Positions 16,608-25,431 of a stretch of 64,000 bases of DNA are shown one piece after another; positions within the stretch are counted from its first letter, which is position 1; the number at the start of each line of letters is the position of its first letter. The notes below the pieces were generated by a model. The model did no database searches. It worked only from the letters and a program-made list of their open reading frames with translations, and had not been told where the DNA came from. The translations under genes were made by a program, and so were the position numbers. This stretch comes from a virus (Duplodnaviria > Caudoviricetes), in the IMG/VR virus record IMGVR_UViG_3300033121_002239, positions 9,025-73,024 of that record; one strand, given 5' to 3'.

Positions 16608-18794
16608 TCAGGCGGTGGCGCCGGGCGGGAGGACGACGATGCCGATCTCCTGCTCTTCGGACGCGCCCTGGGGCACGACGAACACGTCGATGTGCGTGCG
16701 CTTCGCGGCCCGCTCCTCGGGCGGGTTGTTGCTCGATCCGCACTCGACGCGGAAGCGCGGCACGTCCTGATCGTCGCGCTCGATCGTCCCGCGCTTCTGC
16801 GCGAGGCGCTCCATGAACTTCTCGGTGCGGGCCTTCATCCCGCGCCAGAGGATCGTGTCGTTCGGCTCGTGGCGGTCGGGGCGGTTGCCCTCGCGCACCT
16901 GTTCGCCGATGAAGTCCACGAGGAGGCAGGCGTTCAGGCGGTCGAGCTGCGAGGGGGTGCGCTGGAGCGTGGCCTGCCCCTCGATCACGAACCCGTCGGA
17001 GGGGTCGTTGTAGAAGGGGTTCACGCCCGTGCGCACCATGGCCTCGACGTCGTCGGGCCCCGGGGCGACGCGCAGCTCGCGCACCTCGATCGAGAGCTTC
17101 GCCCGCTTCGAGCCCGCCATCGGGAGCCAGGGACCGGACTCCTTCGTCGCGGCGGCGAGCGCGGCGTAGACCTCGCCCTCCGACGGAATCCACAGCTCCT
17201 CGCGCGTGCGCGGGTCGATCACCCGGTGCCACCCGGCGTAGAGGGCGCCGCAGGCCGAGTCGATCGCCGTCCCCGAGGCGTAGGGACTCTCGCGGCGGCG
17301 GAACGCCTTGGCGTTCGCGACGGTGGTGATGGCGTACGGGATCGTGCCGACGTACCGGACCTCGGTGAGGTTCGCGGCCCACGCGGTGCCCGCGACGTGC
17401 GCGTCGTGGTCGGTGACGCCGGGGCAGGACGCGAGGCGGAAGTGGGCGTCGGGGTCGAAGGCGTGCAGGCCCGTACGCGTCGTCGCGTGCCCGATGTAGT
17501 CCGTGTAGGCCAGCGAGGCGAGGCCGTCGTCGCCGCCCGAGGGCGTGTACGTGCCCGCGAGCGGGCGGTTGTTCGGAGCGACCGTCGCGGCGTTCTGGTT
17601 CACGACGCGGTAGCGGATCGACTCGTCCCGCAGCACGCTCACGACGTACCGGGGGTCGGTCGAGCTCATCGAGAGCCGGTCGTGCGTCTCCAGAACGACG
17701 CCCGCGGCGGTGGTGATGCGCACCCGGAAGCGCGTCGAGGGCTCGCCGGGGTCGTCGTCGATCACGACCCGCGTCCCGTGCGCCCACGTGCCGTCCGAGC
17801 TCGCGGTGAACGCGAGGGTGTTCACCCCCACGCTCGCGCCCTGCACCTCGGCGTTGCCGAGGCCGAGCTCGTCGTCGGCCGTCGACGACGCGATCACCTG
17901 CACGTAGCTCCCGCTCCCGGTCGTGGTGGACTCGACGTAGGGGTGCCCGTCGGCGTCGGCGCCCGCGGCGGAGCCCGTGACGGCGCCCTCCACCACGCTC
18001 TCGAACTCGGCGGCGGTGACCGCCTCGATGTCGGCGACGTTCGACGACCCGAGGGAGCTCGACGCCTGGCCGCTCGTGAAGCCGATCGACGCGAGCACGT
18101 CCGTGTCGGTCGAGGCGTGGACGGAGAGCGCGGCGCCCGTGCCCTTCTTGTCGGTCGTGACGCGGAGGTTGCCGCTCGACACGTCGGCGTAGACGCCCGG
18201 GATGCCGACGTTGACGGCGGCGGCGAAGAGGTCGGCGCTGTTCTCGCTCCCCGTGAACGCGACCTCGCGCAGCACCCCGCCCACGCTCAGGACGAGCTTG
18301 TGCCCGGCGGTGACGGCCGTGTAGGTGCCGCCCGAGGACGTGAGGCGCCGCGCGTACGCGTTGAAGGTGGCGGTGAGGTTCGAGCCGCGATCGACGCTCA
18401 CGATGAACGTGTCGCCGTGGGCGAGGCGCACCGGGAAGGTGGCGGAGCCCGTGACGCGCGCGCGGCCCGCGACGCTCGATCGGTCGCGCACCGTGACGGA
18501 CGCGGCGGCGCTCGTCTTCGTGGCGGAGTCGGCGATGTCCGAGTAGTGCACGACGCGCGAGACGCGCAGGGCGCACCCCGCGTCGAGCGCGCGTTTTGCA
18601 CACCGCGTCCCGACGTAGCCGCTCACGTGGTCCCCGTAGAGGGCCTGGAACTCGGGCCACGAGGTGACCTCCCGCGACTCGCCGATCGGGCCGCGCTCGG
18701 TGACGAGCGCCATCGCGCCGAGGGCCACCGCGTCGGCGGCGATGTACCCGGAGCGATCCTGAATGCTGGTTCTCTGTCCTACGCTTCGCGCCAT
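16608..18794 (-). CDS. Contractile tail sheath protein
   Basis: ERGPIG..VTSWPEFQALYG N-terminus, GGDDG, GVNPF..GFVIEGQATL, HEPND..LW C-terminal domain. Confidence 0.9.
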   Translation of the reverse strand: MARSVGQRTSIQDRSGYIAADAVALGAMALVTERGPIGESREVTSWPEFQALYGDHVSGYVGTRCAKRALDAGCALRVSRVVHYSDIADSATKTSAAASVTVRDRSSVAGRARVTGSATFPVRLAHGDTFIVSVDRGSNLTATFNAYARRLTSSGGTYTAVTAGHKLVLSVGGVLREVAFTGSENSADLFAAAVNVGIPGVYADVSSGNLRVTTDKKGTGAALSVHASTDTDVLASIGFTSGQASSSLGSSNVADIEAVTAAEFESVVEGAVTGSAAGADADGHPYVESTTTGSGSYVQVIASSTADDELGLGNAEVQGASVGVNTLAFTASSDGTWAHGTRVVIDDDPGEPSTRFRVRITTAAGVVLETHDRLSMSSTDPRYVVSVLRDESIRYRVVNQNAATVAPNNRPLAGTYTPSGGDDGLASLAYTDYIGHATTRTGLHAFDPDAHFRLASCPGVTDHDAHVAGTAWAANLTEVRYVGTIPYAITTVANAKAFRRRESPYASGTAIDSACGALYAGWHRVIDPRTREELWIPSEGEVYAALAAATKESGPWLPMAGSKRAKLSIEVRELRVAPGPDDVEAMVRTGVNPFYNDPSDGFVIEGQATLQRTPSQLDRLNACLLVDFIGEQVREGNRPDRHEPNDTILWRGMKARTEKFMERLAQKRGTIERDDQDVPRFRVECGSSNNPPEERAAKRTHIDVFVVPQGASEEQEIGIVVLPPGATA

Positions 18795-18832
18795 GGGGGG
18801 CTTGTCCTCCGCCCCTCGCCGCGCGTCACCCG

Positions 18833-19441
18833 TCAGGGCAGGACGCGTACGGCGCTCGCGGTCACCACCAGCGTCTCGGCGGTGTCGACCGTGACGGCCG
18901 CCTCGGTGTCCTGCACCCACGCGAGGCGGATCGACCCGCGGGCTTCGAAGATGTCCGCGGCCGTGGGCTTCACGTTCGGCATCGACCCGAGGGCCTTCGC
19001 AGTGAAGAGGGCGGCGCCGTCGACCTTCGGGTGCAACTCACACCAGCGCTCGAAGTGCGAGATCCCCGCGAGGAGCTGGCGCTCGGCGGACACAGACCCC
19101 GTGTTCACGCCGCTGCGCGTCTGCCACACGACGGTGAAGGTGAGTTCGAAGAAGCGCGGCCAGGGCGCCACTTGCACCGTGCCCGCGTCGGCGTTGTAGC
19201 CCGAGAGCACGCGGGCCTGCGGGGTCGTGTGCTCTTTCATACGCCGGGGGTCGGGGCCGAAGAGGAGGAGGCACGGCCACGCGACCTTCACCGGGTTCCC
19301 GGTGTCGGGGCCCGCGACCTCGACGACGTCGGAGGTGCGGCGGAGGTGGACGCGCGCGCCCCACGGCGCGGCGCCCGACACGAGCTGGCCCTCGGCGCGC
19401 AGGCCGTCGAGGAGCGCCGCGGTCGCGGAGAGGATCGTCAC
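18833..19441 (-). CDS. Putative tail terminator/completion protein
   Basis: Position immediately before the sheath gene and size of 202 aa. Confidence 0.55.
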   Translation of the reverse strand: MTILSATAALLDGLRAEGQLVSGAAPWGARVHLRRTSDVVEVAGPDTGNPVKVAWPCLLLFGPDPRRMKEHTTPQARVLSGYNADAGTVQVAPWPRFFELTFTVVWQTRSGVNTGSVSAERQLLAGISHFERWCELHPKVDGAALFTAKALGSMPNVKPTAADIFEARGSIRLAWVQDTEAAVTVDTAETLVVTASAVRVLP

Positions 19442-19466
19442 GCCCCTCGCCCGCGCGTCTACCCCG

Positions 19467-19607
19467 TCACGGGCGCAGGATCGCGTCGGAGGGCGCGTAC
19501 CAGTCCCACCGGAGGCGCGCGGCGTCGTCGCGCCACTGCCGCAGGGCGGAGCCCGCGGCGGCGAGCGCGAGCCAGAGCGCCGCGACGCCCACGAGGAGGC
19601 GGGTCAA
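19467..19607 (-). CDS. Small membrane protein
   Basis: TTG start overlapping the upstream stop; one hydrophobic helix (LLVGVAALWLALAAAG). Confidence 0.4.
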   Translation of the reverse strand: MTRLLVGVAALWLALAAAGSALRQWRDDAARLRWDWYAPSDAILRP

Positions 19608-20239
19608 CGGCGGGTGATCTCCAGCAGCTCGCGCAGGGTCACGTCGGAGAAGCCCGCCCTGCGGCACGCCTCGGCGAGACGCCCGAGGGCGTGCACCTCC
19701 ATGCGCGAGACGCCCTGGTGCGTGATGTTCAGAATGTCCGCGATCGTGTAGTGGTCGAGCCCGCCCGGGTGCGCCTCGACCACGCGCAGCGTGCAGGTTT
19801 GGGGGGCCGCCTGGGGCTCCTCGGCGGGTCGGTTGAGGGTGATCCCGCCCGAGGGCGTCACGTCGATCGCGAGGTGGTAGCGGCAGGAGACGTACGCGCA
19901 GGGCGACTCGGCCGTCCCGAGGCCGCGCGCCTGACACTCGCCCCAGGTCCTCGGGCGCGGCGGGAGCGTGCGGTCGCGGAGCGGGTAGCGCTTCTGCCCG
20001 GCGAAGAGATCCTTCTTGCTCGTCCGCTGGAGCTGGAGGGTGAGCTTCGCGTCGTCGCGGGTGGCGCGCCGCGCGCGCCGCCGCTTGAGGTGGTCGCTCG
20101 TCCCCGCGAGAAACTCCTCCCAGAACGGCGCGATCGGCGCGATTTCGTGGACGACCGGAAGGCGTCGGCGCGCGGGCGGGGCGGGGTCGGTCGCGGGCGG
20201 CGCGTCGTCGCGCGGGGCGTCGAAGTCGAGTCGGTCCAT
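19604..20239 (-). CDS. Sigma70 region-4-like HTH protein with Cys/His cluster
   Basis: EC..PCAYVSCRYHLAIDV..TC..TIADILNITHQGVSRMEVHAL. Paralog of 63566..64000. Confidence 0.7.
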   Translation of the reverse strand: MDRLDFDAPRDDAPPATDPAPPARRRLPVVHEIAPIAPFWEEFLAGTSDHLKRRRARRATRDDAKLTLQLQRTSKKDLFAGQKRYPLRDRTLPPRPRTWGECQARGLGTAESPCAYVSCRYHLAIDVTPSGGITLNRPAEEPQAAPQTCTLRVVEAHPGGLDHYTIADILNITHQGVSRMEVHALGRLAEACRRAGFSDVTLRELLEITRR

Positions 20240-20268
20240 GGCGCGGGGAGAGAGCAACGCGCGCGCCA

Positions 20269-20769
20269 CTACCGGCGGCGGAGCGCGTCGCGCACGACCT
20301 CGCGGACGGTGCCACGGACGCGGCGCGCGGCGCGGCGGAGGAACGGCCGCGGCGGGATCACGATCGCCTCGGTGTCCGCGCGCAGGTGCAGGCCCTCGGC
20401 GTGGAGGTAGCCGCGCATCCGGTCGGTGACGGCGATCGTGACGCCGTACTCGTGGATGCGCGCGAGCCGCGCGACCTCGCCCGTGTAGCCCACCCACACC
20501 CCGAGGCCCTCGTTTGCGCCGAGCACGCGCGACGTGAGCGCGTCGTCGAAACGGCCGCCGAGCGGCTCGGTCGAGCCCTTCTGCGCGGACGTGAAGGGGT
20601 GCAGGGCGCGCGTCCCGCGCATCTCTGCTTGGATCGACTCGACGAGTCGGATGCGCAACGGGAAGGTCGCACGGACGAGGCGCGCGTGGAGGCGTGCGCG
20701 GAGTCCGGTGAGGAGCTTGTCGGCCTTCGACCAGTCGCCGAAGGTCGTGATCGACACGTCGCCGCTCAC
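20269..20769 (-). CDS. Virion morphogenesis/neck protein (HK97 gp10/Mu gpG-like)
   Basis: ARIHEYG...IPPRPFLR motif. Confidence 0.75.
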   Translation of the reverse strand: MSGDVSITTFGDWSKADKLLTGLRARLHARLVRATFPLRIRLVESIQAEMRGTRALHPFTSAQKGSTEPLGGRFDDALTSRVLGANEGLGVWVGYTGEVARLARIHEYGVTIAVTDRMRGYLHAEGLHLRADTEAIVIPPRPFLRRAARRVRGTVREVVRDALRRR

Positions 20770-21152
20770 GCCCGGTCCTCGTCCTCGAAGTACGCCCATC
20801 GGTGCCAGTGCCGACCGGCGTAGGTCGCGTGGTCGTCGAGGTGCGTGACGCGGTGGCGGACGGCGCGACCGGCCACCGACACGATCACGTCGCCCACGTG
20901 CAGCGTGACGCCTGCGGCCGTGAGGGCGTCGATCTCGAAGACGACGTGGCCGTCGCTGTTGGCGATCGGACTCGCGCCGCCCGAGGTCATGGCGAGCGCC
21001 TGATTCCGCCCGGTCTTCACCTGCCCGCGGAGCGTGACGTTCGCACGGACGGGCGTCCCGATCGGCTCCTCGAACGTCGTGTCGAGCGTCTGCGCGCCGG
21101 GGGTCACCTGGGACACGACGATCTCGACGGGGTGGATGAGGCGCGGGCGCAT
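20766..21152 (-). CDS. Putative head closure/head-tail adaptor
   Basis: 128-aa beta-rich protein between the connector and neck genes. Confidence 0.55.
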   Translation of the reverse strand: MRPRLIHPVEIVVSQVTPGAQTLDTTFEEPIGTPVRANVTLRGQVKTGRNQALAMTSGGASPIANSDGHVVFEIDALTAAGVTLHVGDVIVSVAGRAVRHRVTHLDDHATYAGRHWHRWAYFEDEDRA

Positions 21153-21163
21153 GAGGATCTCCG

Positions 21164-21472
21164 TCAGAGCGAGCGGAACACGCCGCCCGTGAGGTAGCCG
21201 TGCCACCCGCAGCCTTTCGGCGTGCCGGTCGCCGGGTGGTAGATGGACGGCTGGAGCGAGAGCGTCGTCGGGTCGGTCCAATCGCCCGCGGCGACGCTCC
21301 ACCCGCGCGACCCGCCCACGGGCAAGACCATCTGCATCGCGCACCCCGGGCAGGCCATGAAGTAGCCGTTGGCGATGCGCTCCACGCAGCCGGGTTCGCA
21401 CTGGCCCGCGGCGTCGATGTCCTCGACGAGTCGCGCGGGGACGGTCCTTCGAACGTCGACGTCGGCCATCAC
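21164..21472 (-). CDS. DUF6527-like small zinc-binding protein
   Basis: CPGC..W..TLSLQPSI..CGWHGYLTGG pattern. Confidence 0.6.
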   Translation of the reverse strand: MMADVDVRRTVPARLVEDIDAAGQCEPGCVERIANGYFMACPGCAMQMVLPVGGSRGWSVAAGDWTDPTTLSLQPSIYHPATGTPKGCGWHGYLTGGVFRSL

Positions 21473-22116
21473 ACCCTCGCACCCTGCGACGGCCTGCGGT
21501 AGCTCGCGAGCGTCACGTCGATTTCAGGATCGCCCGTGAGCCCGCCCTGCCGCCACGCCCCGACGGCGCCGGGGAGGACGCCCGCCAGCTCGTAACTGTG
21601 CCCGTCGGTGGTCTCGCGGAAGACGCGCCCGCGCTGGCGTTCGCCCTGCGCCGCGGCGTCGGTGATCAGCCCGAGTTCGCGGTGCGCGAGCCGCACGCAC
21701 ACGTCGCGGATCTCGGCCGGGGTCGTGCCGTCGGACTCGACGAAGCCGAACGACCCGACGACGCTCACGTTCCTGCGGCCCTGCGGCCACCGCACCCCGT
21801 TCTTGCGCGCGAGGCGTGGTGCGCGAAGGGACTGCCGCGGGGCGGCCGTCGACCCGTAGACGAGCACGTCGCCGAGCGTGAGGGCGACGCCGTCGATTGA
21901 CACGCTCGTGAGCGAAACGACCGGCGCGGGGAGCCAGAGGCACTCGGTGCCCTGGCCGTCGAAGGGGAGGGTGAGGGTGCGGGCCTCGAACCACCAGCCG
22001 GTCACGCGGTCGATCCGTCGCGACGCCTCATCGAGGAGCCGCTGGAGGCGCGTGTCGTCGGCCTGGCCGGTGGTGATGCCCTGGTCGCGGGCGTAGGAGA
22101 GCGAGGCGTAGCTCAC
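21469..22116 (-). CDS. Head-tail connector protein
   Basis: YASL..LLDEASRRIDRVTGWWF..PVVSLTSVSIDG..GSFGF..PAEIRDVCVRLA. Confidence 0.8.
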   Translation of the reverse strand: MSYASLSYARDQGITTGQADDTRLQRLLDEASRRIDRVTGWWFEARTLTLPFDGQGTECLWLPAPVVSLTSVSIDGVALTLGDVLVYGSTAAPRQSLRAPRLARKNGVRWPQGRRNVSVVGSFGFVESDGTTPAEIRDVCVRLAHRELGLITDAAAQGERQRGRVFRETTDGHSYELAGVLPGAVGAWRQGGLTGDPEIDVTLASYRRPSQGARV

Positions 22117-22132
22117 GCCTCTTCAGGCGAGG

Positions 22133-22699
22133 TCACCCACCCGCGGGCGGGTCGTTGGGGCGGCGGGCGTTGGGGCGCGTGGGACGGCCGCGCTCCTCGG
22201 GCGTCGCGGGGACGGCCGCGGGCGTGCTCGGCGGGGTGGGGACGGCCGCGGGCGTGCTCGGCGGGGTGGGGACGGCCGCGGGTTCGTCGGTGACGACGTC
22301 GGCCTCGCCCGCAGGTTCGTCGGTGACGACGTCGGCCTCGCCCGCAGCCTCGGCGAGCATCGCGTCGGGCGTGTGCTCGAAGAGGTCGGAGTCGTCCTCG
22401 GGCGGCGGGGCGGTCTCGACCTTCGGCGCAGGCCAGGGCGTGCGCGAGATCGCGAAGCGCGGCACCGACCCGCGGCCCTCGCCCTCGTGGTTGTACTTCG
22501 GCACGCGCTCCTCGTGGAGCTTGAGCTTGCGCACGAAGTCCGCGGGGATCGGGTGCGGGCAGACGGGCGAGCTCTCGGTGAAGTGGACCGTGCCGACGTC
22601 GGGGACGTTGTGCAGCACGTACGTCTCGCCTGCGTTGAGCTTGAGGTAGACGTGGCCGGGCTTGGCGGAGGTGGAAGTGGGAGCGGTGGGGTTTGCCAT
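22133..22699 (-). CDS. Post-capsid hypothetical protein with low-complexity repeat tail
   Basis: Follows the major capsid gene; PAGEADVVTDE x2 and PTPPSTPAAV x2. Confidence 0.6.
   Translation of the reverse strand: MANPTAPTSTSAKPGHVYLKLNAGETYVLHNVPDVGTVHFTESSPVCPHPIPADFVRKLKLHEERVPKYNHEGEGRGSVPRFAISRTPWPAPKVETAPPPEDDSDLFEHTPDAMLAEAAGEADVVTDEPAGEADVVTDEPAAVPTPPSTPAAVPTPPSTPAAVPATPEERGRPTRPNARRPNDPPAGG
22209..22346. repeat. Intragenic tandem repeats (30 bp x about 2.5, then 33 bp x2)
   Basis: GGGACGGCCGCGGGCGTGCTCGGCGGGGTG from 22209; GGTTCGTCGGTGACGACGTCGGCCTCGCCCGCA at 22281 and 22314. Confidence 0.9.
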
Positions 22700-22762
22700 C
22701 GGGGTGCGAAGGTCCTTTCGACGCTTCGCGGTCGGTCAACCCGGCGGCGGGATGGGAGGGGA

Positions 22763-23722
22763 TCAGTACGTCTCGCGCAGGGCCGTGATCTTGGCCGCGG
22801 CGCTCTCCTGCTCCACGGCGAAGGCCGCGCGCATGCGGATGTACACGTGCACGCCGCCGTTCCAGGGCTCGTCCACGACCTTGATGGTCATCTTCTTGTA
22901 CCACCCGAGGATGAGGTTCTTCGGGTCGGCGAAGATCGCCGGGGCCACGTCGGGCGTGCCCGCAGTGACGGGCATGTTGCCCACCTGGATCACCTTCGAG
23001 CCGCCGCAGACGGGGAGGTCCACCGATTCGAGCGCGCGGTCGCCCGTGGCCGTGGCGCGGTCGGCGACGATGTTGCGCCAGCGGTCGCCCGCCTTCTCGG
23101 CGACGTAGAACGCGTGGCGGTTCATGCGGCGGAACTTCAGGCGCACCGACGAGCGGGCCTGCTCCAGCAGCTCGCGCGTGAGGTAGGCGTTCGACGCGTT
23201 GACCGTGTTCGAGGTGATGCGCTTGAGCCAGCCGTCCTGCTGGGCCATGCCGTGCGCGACGAGCGTCGAGTCGGTGATGTCCGTGTCGCTCATCAGCGCC
23301 ATCTCTTCGACGTCGACGCCCACCTTCTCGGCGAGGAGGCGGAGGTAGGTCTCCTCGAACATCTCGCCCTCGACGTTGTCTTCGAGCGCGGTGTAGCCGA
23401 GGAAGCCCTCGACCTCGATCACCTTGGCGTTGAGCGTGACCTCGGAGGTGGTGGGGGCGATGCGCTGGCTCGGCCCGAGCGCGGCGCCGTCGCCGGGGTC
23501 GGCGCGGACGACGCGCGAGCTGAAGAGGATCTTGGGGAGCTTCTTCGTCTTCGATTTCATCGGCTCGACGCGGCAGGCCGACAGGAGGGGCGTCGAGTTC
23601 TGCGCGATCTCGATGAACTTGCCCGCGACCTCGACGGGGAGCTCACCGCCCGACGAGAGGGCGGACGCGAGGAAGTCCGTGCGCTGCTCGGAGGTCATCT
23701 GTCGAAGGGACTTGGCGCTCAT
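22763..23722 (-). CDS. Major capsid protein (HK97 fold, PBSX XkdG/P2-like)
   Basis: GGELPVEVAGKFIE..TLNAKVIE..LEDNVEGEMFEETYLRLLAEKVGVDVEE; position after the protease. Confidence 0.85.
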   Translation of the reverse strand: MSAKSLRQMTSEQRTDFLASALSSGGELPVEVAGKFIEIAQNSTPLLSACRVEPMKSKTKKLPKILFSSRVVRADPGDGAALGPSQRIAPTTSEVTLNAKVIEVEGFLGYTALEDNVEGEMFEETYLRLLAEKVGVDVEEMALMSDTDITDSTLVAHGMAQQDGWLKRITSNTVNASNAYLTRELLEQARSSVRLKFRRMNRHAFYVAEKAGDRWRNIVADRATATGDRALESVDLPVCGGSKVIQVGNMPVTAGTPDVAPAIFADPKNLILGWYKKMTIKVVDEPWNGGVHVYIRMRAAFAVEQESAAAKITALRETY

Positions 23723-23778
23723 GGCGTTCTACCTCTTGTGGCGCGTCACGCGCGCCGACCGTTGTGAAACGAGAAGGT

Positions 23779-25431
23779 TCACTCCTCGCCGTCGTCGTCA
23801 CCCTGCGCGGCATCCACCGCGGGCTTGTCCGTGGCGCGACCGACGAAGCGCGAGAGGCCGAGGACACCCTGGAGCGGGCTCTTGGTCTCGCGCTTCTCTT
23901 CCGCCGGGGGATCGTCGGAGCGCGGGGCGGGCCGGGCGCTTTCGAGGTCCTCGACGCGCTTCTCCGCCGTCTCGACGCGCGCGCGGAGGGCCGTCTCTTC
24001 GGCGCGCACGGCGACGAGCTCGTTCTCGCGCGTGGCGAGGCTGGCGCGGGCGGCGTCGAGTGCGGCGCGGGCCTCGGCGAGCTCGCGCGCGCTCTTGGTC
24101 TCGCTCTCCGTCTCGCTCTCTTCGGTCTCCTCCCCGAGGAGCCCGTCGAGGTGGCCGCAGCAGTCGCTCGCGCACTGCTTGGCCTTCTCCAGCGTGTCGC
24201 GCGTGGCCTTCGAGATCTTCTTCCCGGCGCGCTGGTGGGCCTCGGCGCCGTCGCCTTCGGTCGCCGCGCTGCGCGTCGAGACGCCCATCGTGGCGTCGGC
24301 CTCGTCGCAGACGCCCTGGACGACGGCGTTGAAGTCCGTGCCGAGCGCGCGGAACTTCTTGACCATCTCCTCGTCGGTGGGGTTGCCGTAGTACGCGCAC
24401 TCGTAGAACACCGACTCGGCGGCCATGAGGGCGCGGTTCATCGCGTCGCGCACCTTCCAGCGGTTCGCGCACGCGCCCCACACGGACGCGAGGCTCGACC
24501 AGTCGGTGCTCGCGCGGCTCTCCACCTGGCGCACGAACGCCTCGACCTCTTCTTTGCCGAGGTCCTGCGCGCTGCGGAAGCCCCCGAGGAGCGCGGCGAA
24601 GTTCGCGCGAAGCGCCTCGACCGTGGCGGGCTTGGCGGGCTCCGCAGGCGGGGCCTCGCGCGCCTCGGTCGCGGGGGTGGGGGTCGGGGCCGCGGCGGGC
24701 TCCGAAGGGGTCTGCGCGGCGGCCTGGGGTTCGGTCTTGATGGTCATGTCGCTCCTCCAGAGCGGGGTCACCCCGCCCGAGTCTTCGCGTGCGCTCCGCT
24801 CCTCGACGCCCTCGAAGAAGATCCCGATCGCCGGGGCCTTCACGAGCGAGAGCGTGAGCGGGTAGGGGTCGATGATTTCGCCCGTGCGGACCTTCCCGAC
24901 GCCCGTGACGGTGAGGGTCTTCTCCCGGTACTTCCCGGTAAATTCGATGCTGAAGCCCTTGAGCTTGCCGTCGCGGAGCTCCTGCCGGGTCGTCTCCTTG
25001 AGGACTTTCACCGTGACGACCCACACGAGGGCCGGGTACTGCTCCGACGCCTCGCGCGTGATCCAGCTCTCGACGATCGCGCCGACCGTGCCGTGGTCGT
25101 GGTGCGAGTCGATGCCCCCCGTGCCGCGTTCGAGAAACTTGTACGCGAACGCGCGCAAGGTCTCGGGGCTCATCCACGTGCGGTAGGAGTCGATGCGGAA
25201 GGCGTCCTCGCCCGGGACCTCGCCCGACTCGGGCACGTCGAGCGCGGGGTACGCGATCCCTTCGACGAGCGTGTAGTCCGTCTCCTCGCGCACCGCGCGG
25301 ATCGCGAAGTCGACGCGGCGACGCGCCGCGACCTCCGTGGGCGCGTCGAGCGACGCATCCAGGGACCGTTGCAGGACGGCGCCGAGGGAGGCAGGCCAGA
25401 GCGCGACGAGGGAGAGGGCGGAGAGGCTCAC
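23779..25431 (-). CDS. XkdF-like prohead protease fused to scaffold-like coiled coil
   Basis: IDSHHDH..VGAIVESWI..WVVTVKV..GKLKGFSIE, then an Ala/Glu-rich helical tail. Confidence 0.8.
   Translation of the reverse strand: MSLSALSLVALWPASLGAVLQRSLDASLDAPTEVAARRRVDFAIRAVREETDYTLVEGIAYPALDVPESGEVPGEDAFRIDSYRTWMSPETLRAFAYKFLERGTGGIDSHHDHGTVGAIVESWITREASEQYPALVWVVTVKVLKETTRQELRDGKLKGFSIEFTGKYREKTLTVTGVGKVRTGEIIDPYPLTLSLVKAPAIGIFFEGVEERSAREDSGGVTPLWRSDMTIKTEPQAAAQTPSEPAAAPTPTPATEAREAPPAEPAKPATVEALRANFAALLGGFRSAQDLGKEEVEAFVRQVESRASTDWSSLASVWGACANRWKVRDAMNRALMAAESVFYECAYYGNPTDEEMVKKFRALGTDFNAVVQGVCDEADATMGVSTRSAATEGDGAEAHQRAGKKISKATRDTLEKAKQCASDCCGHLDGLLGEETEESETESETKSARELAEARAALDAARASLATRENELVAVRAEETALRARVETAEKRVEDLESARPAPRSDDPPAEEKRETKSPLQGVLGLSRFVGRATDKPAVDAAQGDDDGEE

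Noticed and set aside
15149-18794. Sheath, tube and spike as an eCIS or T6SS locus
   Set aside because: Terminase, portal, protease and capsid genes show a DNA-packaging myovirus.
22209-22346. Tandem repeats as a possible CRISPR array
   Set aside because: Contiguous in-frame coding repeats without spacers, and no cas genes.
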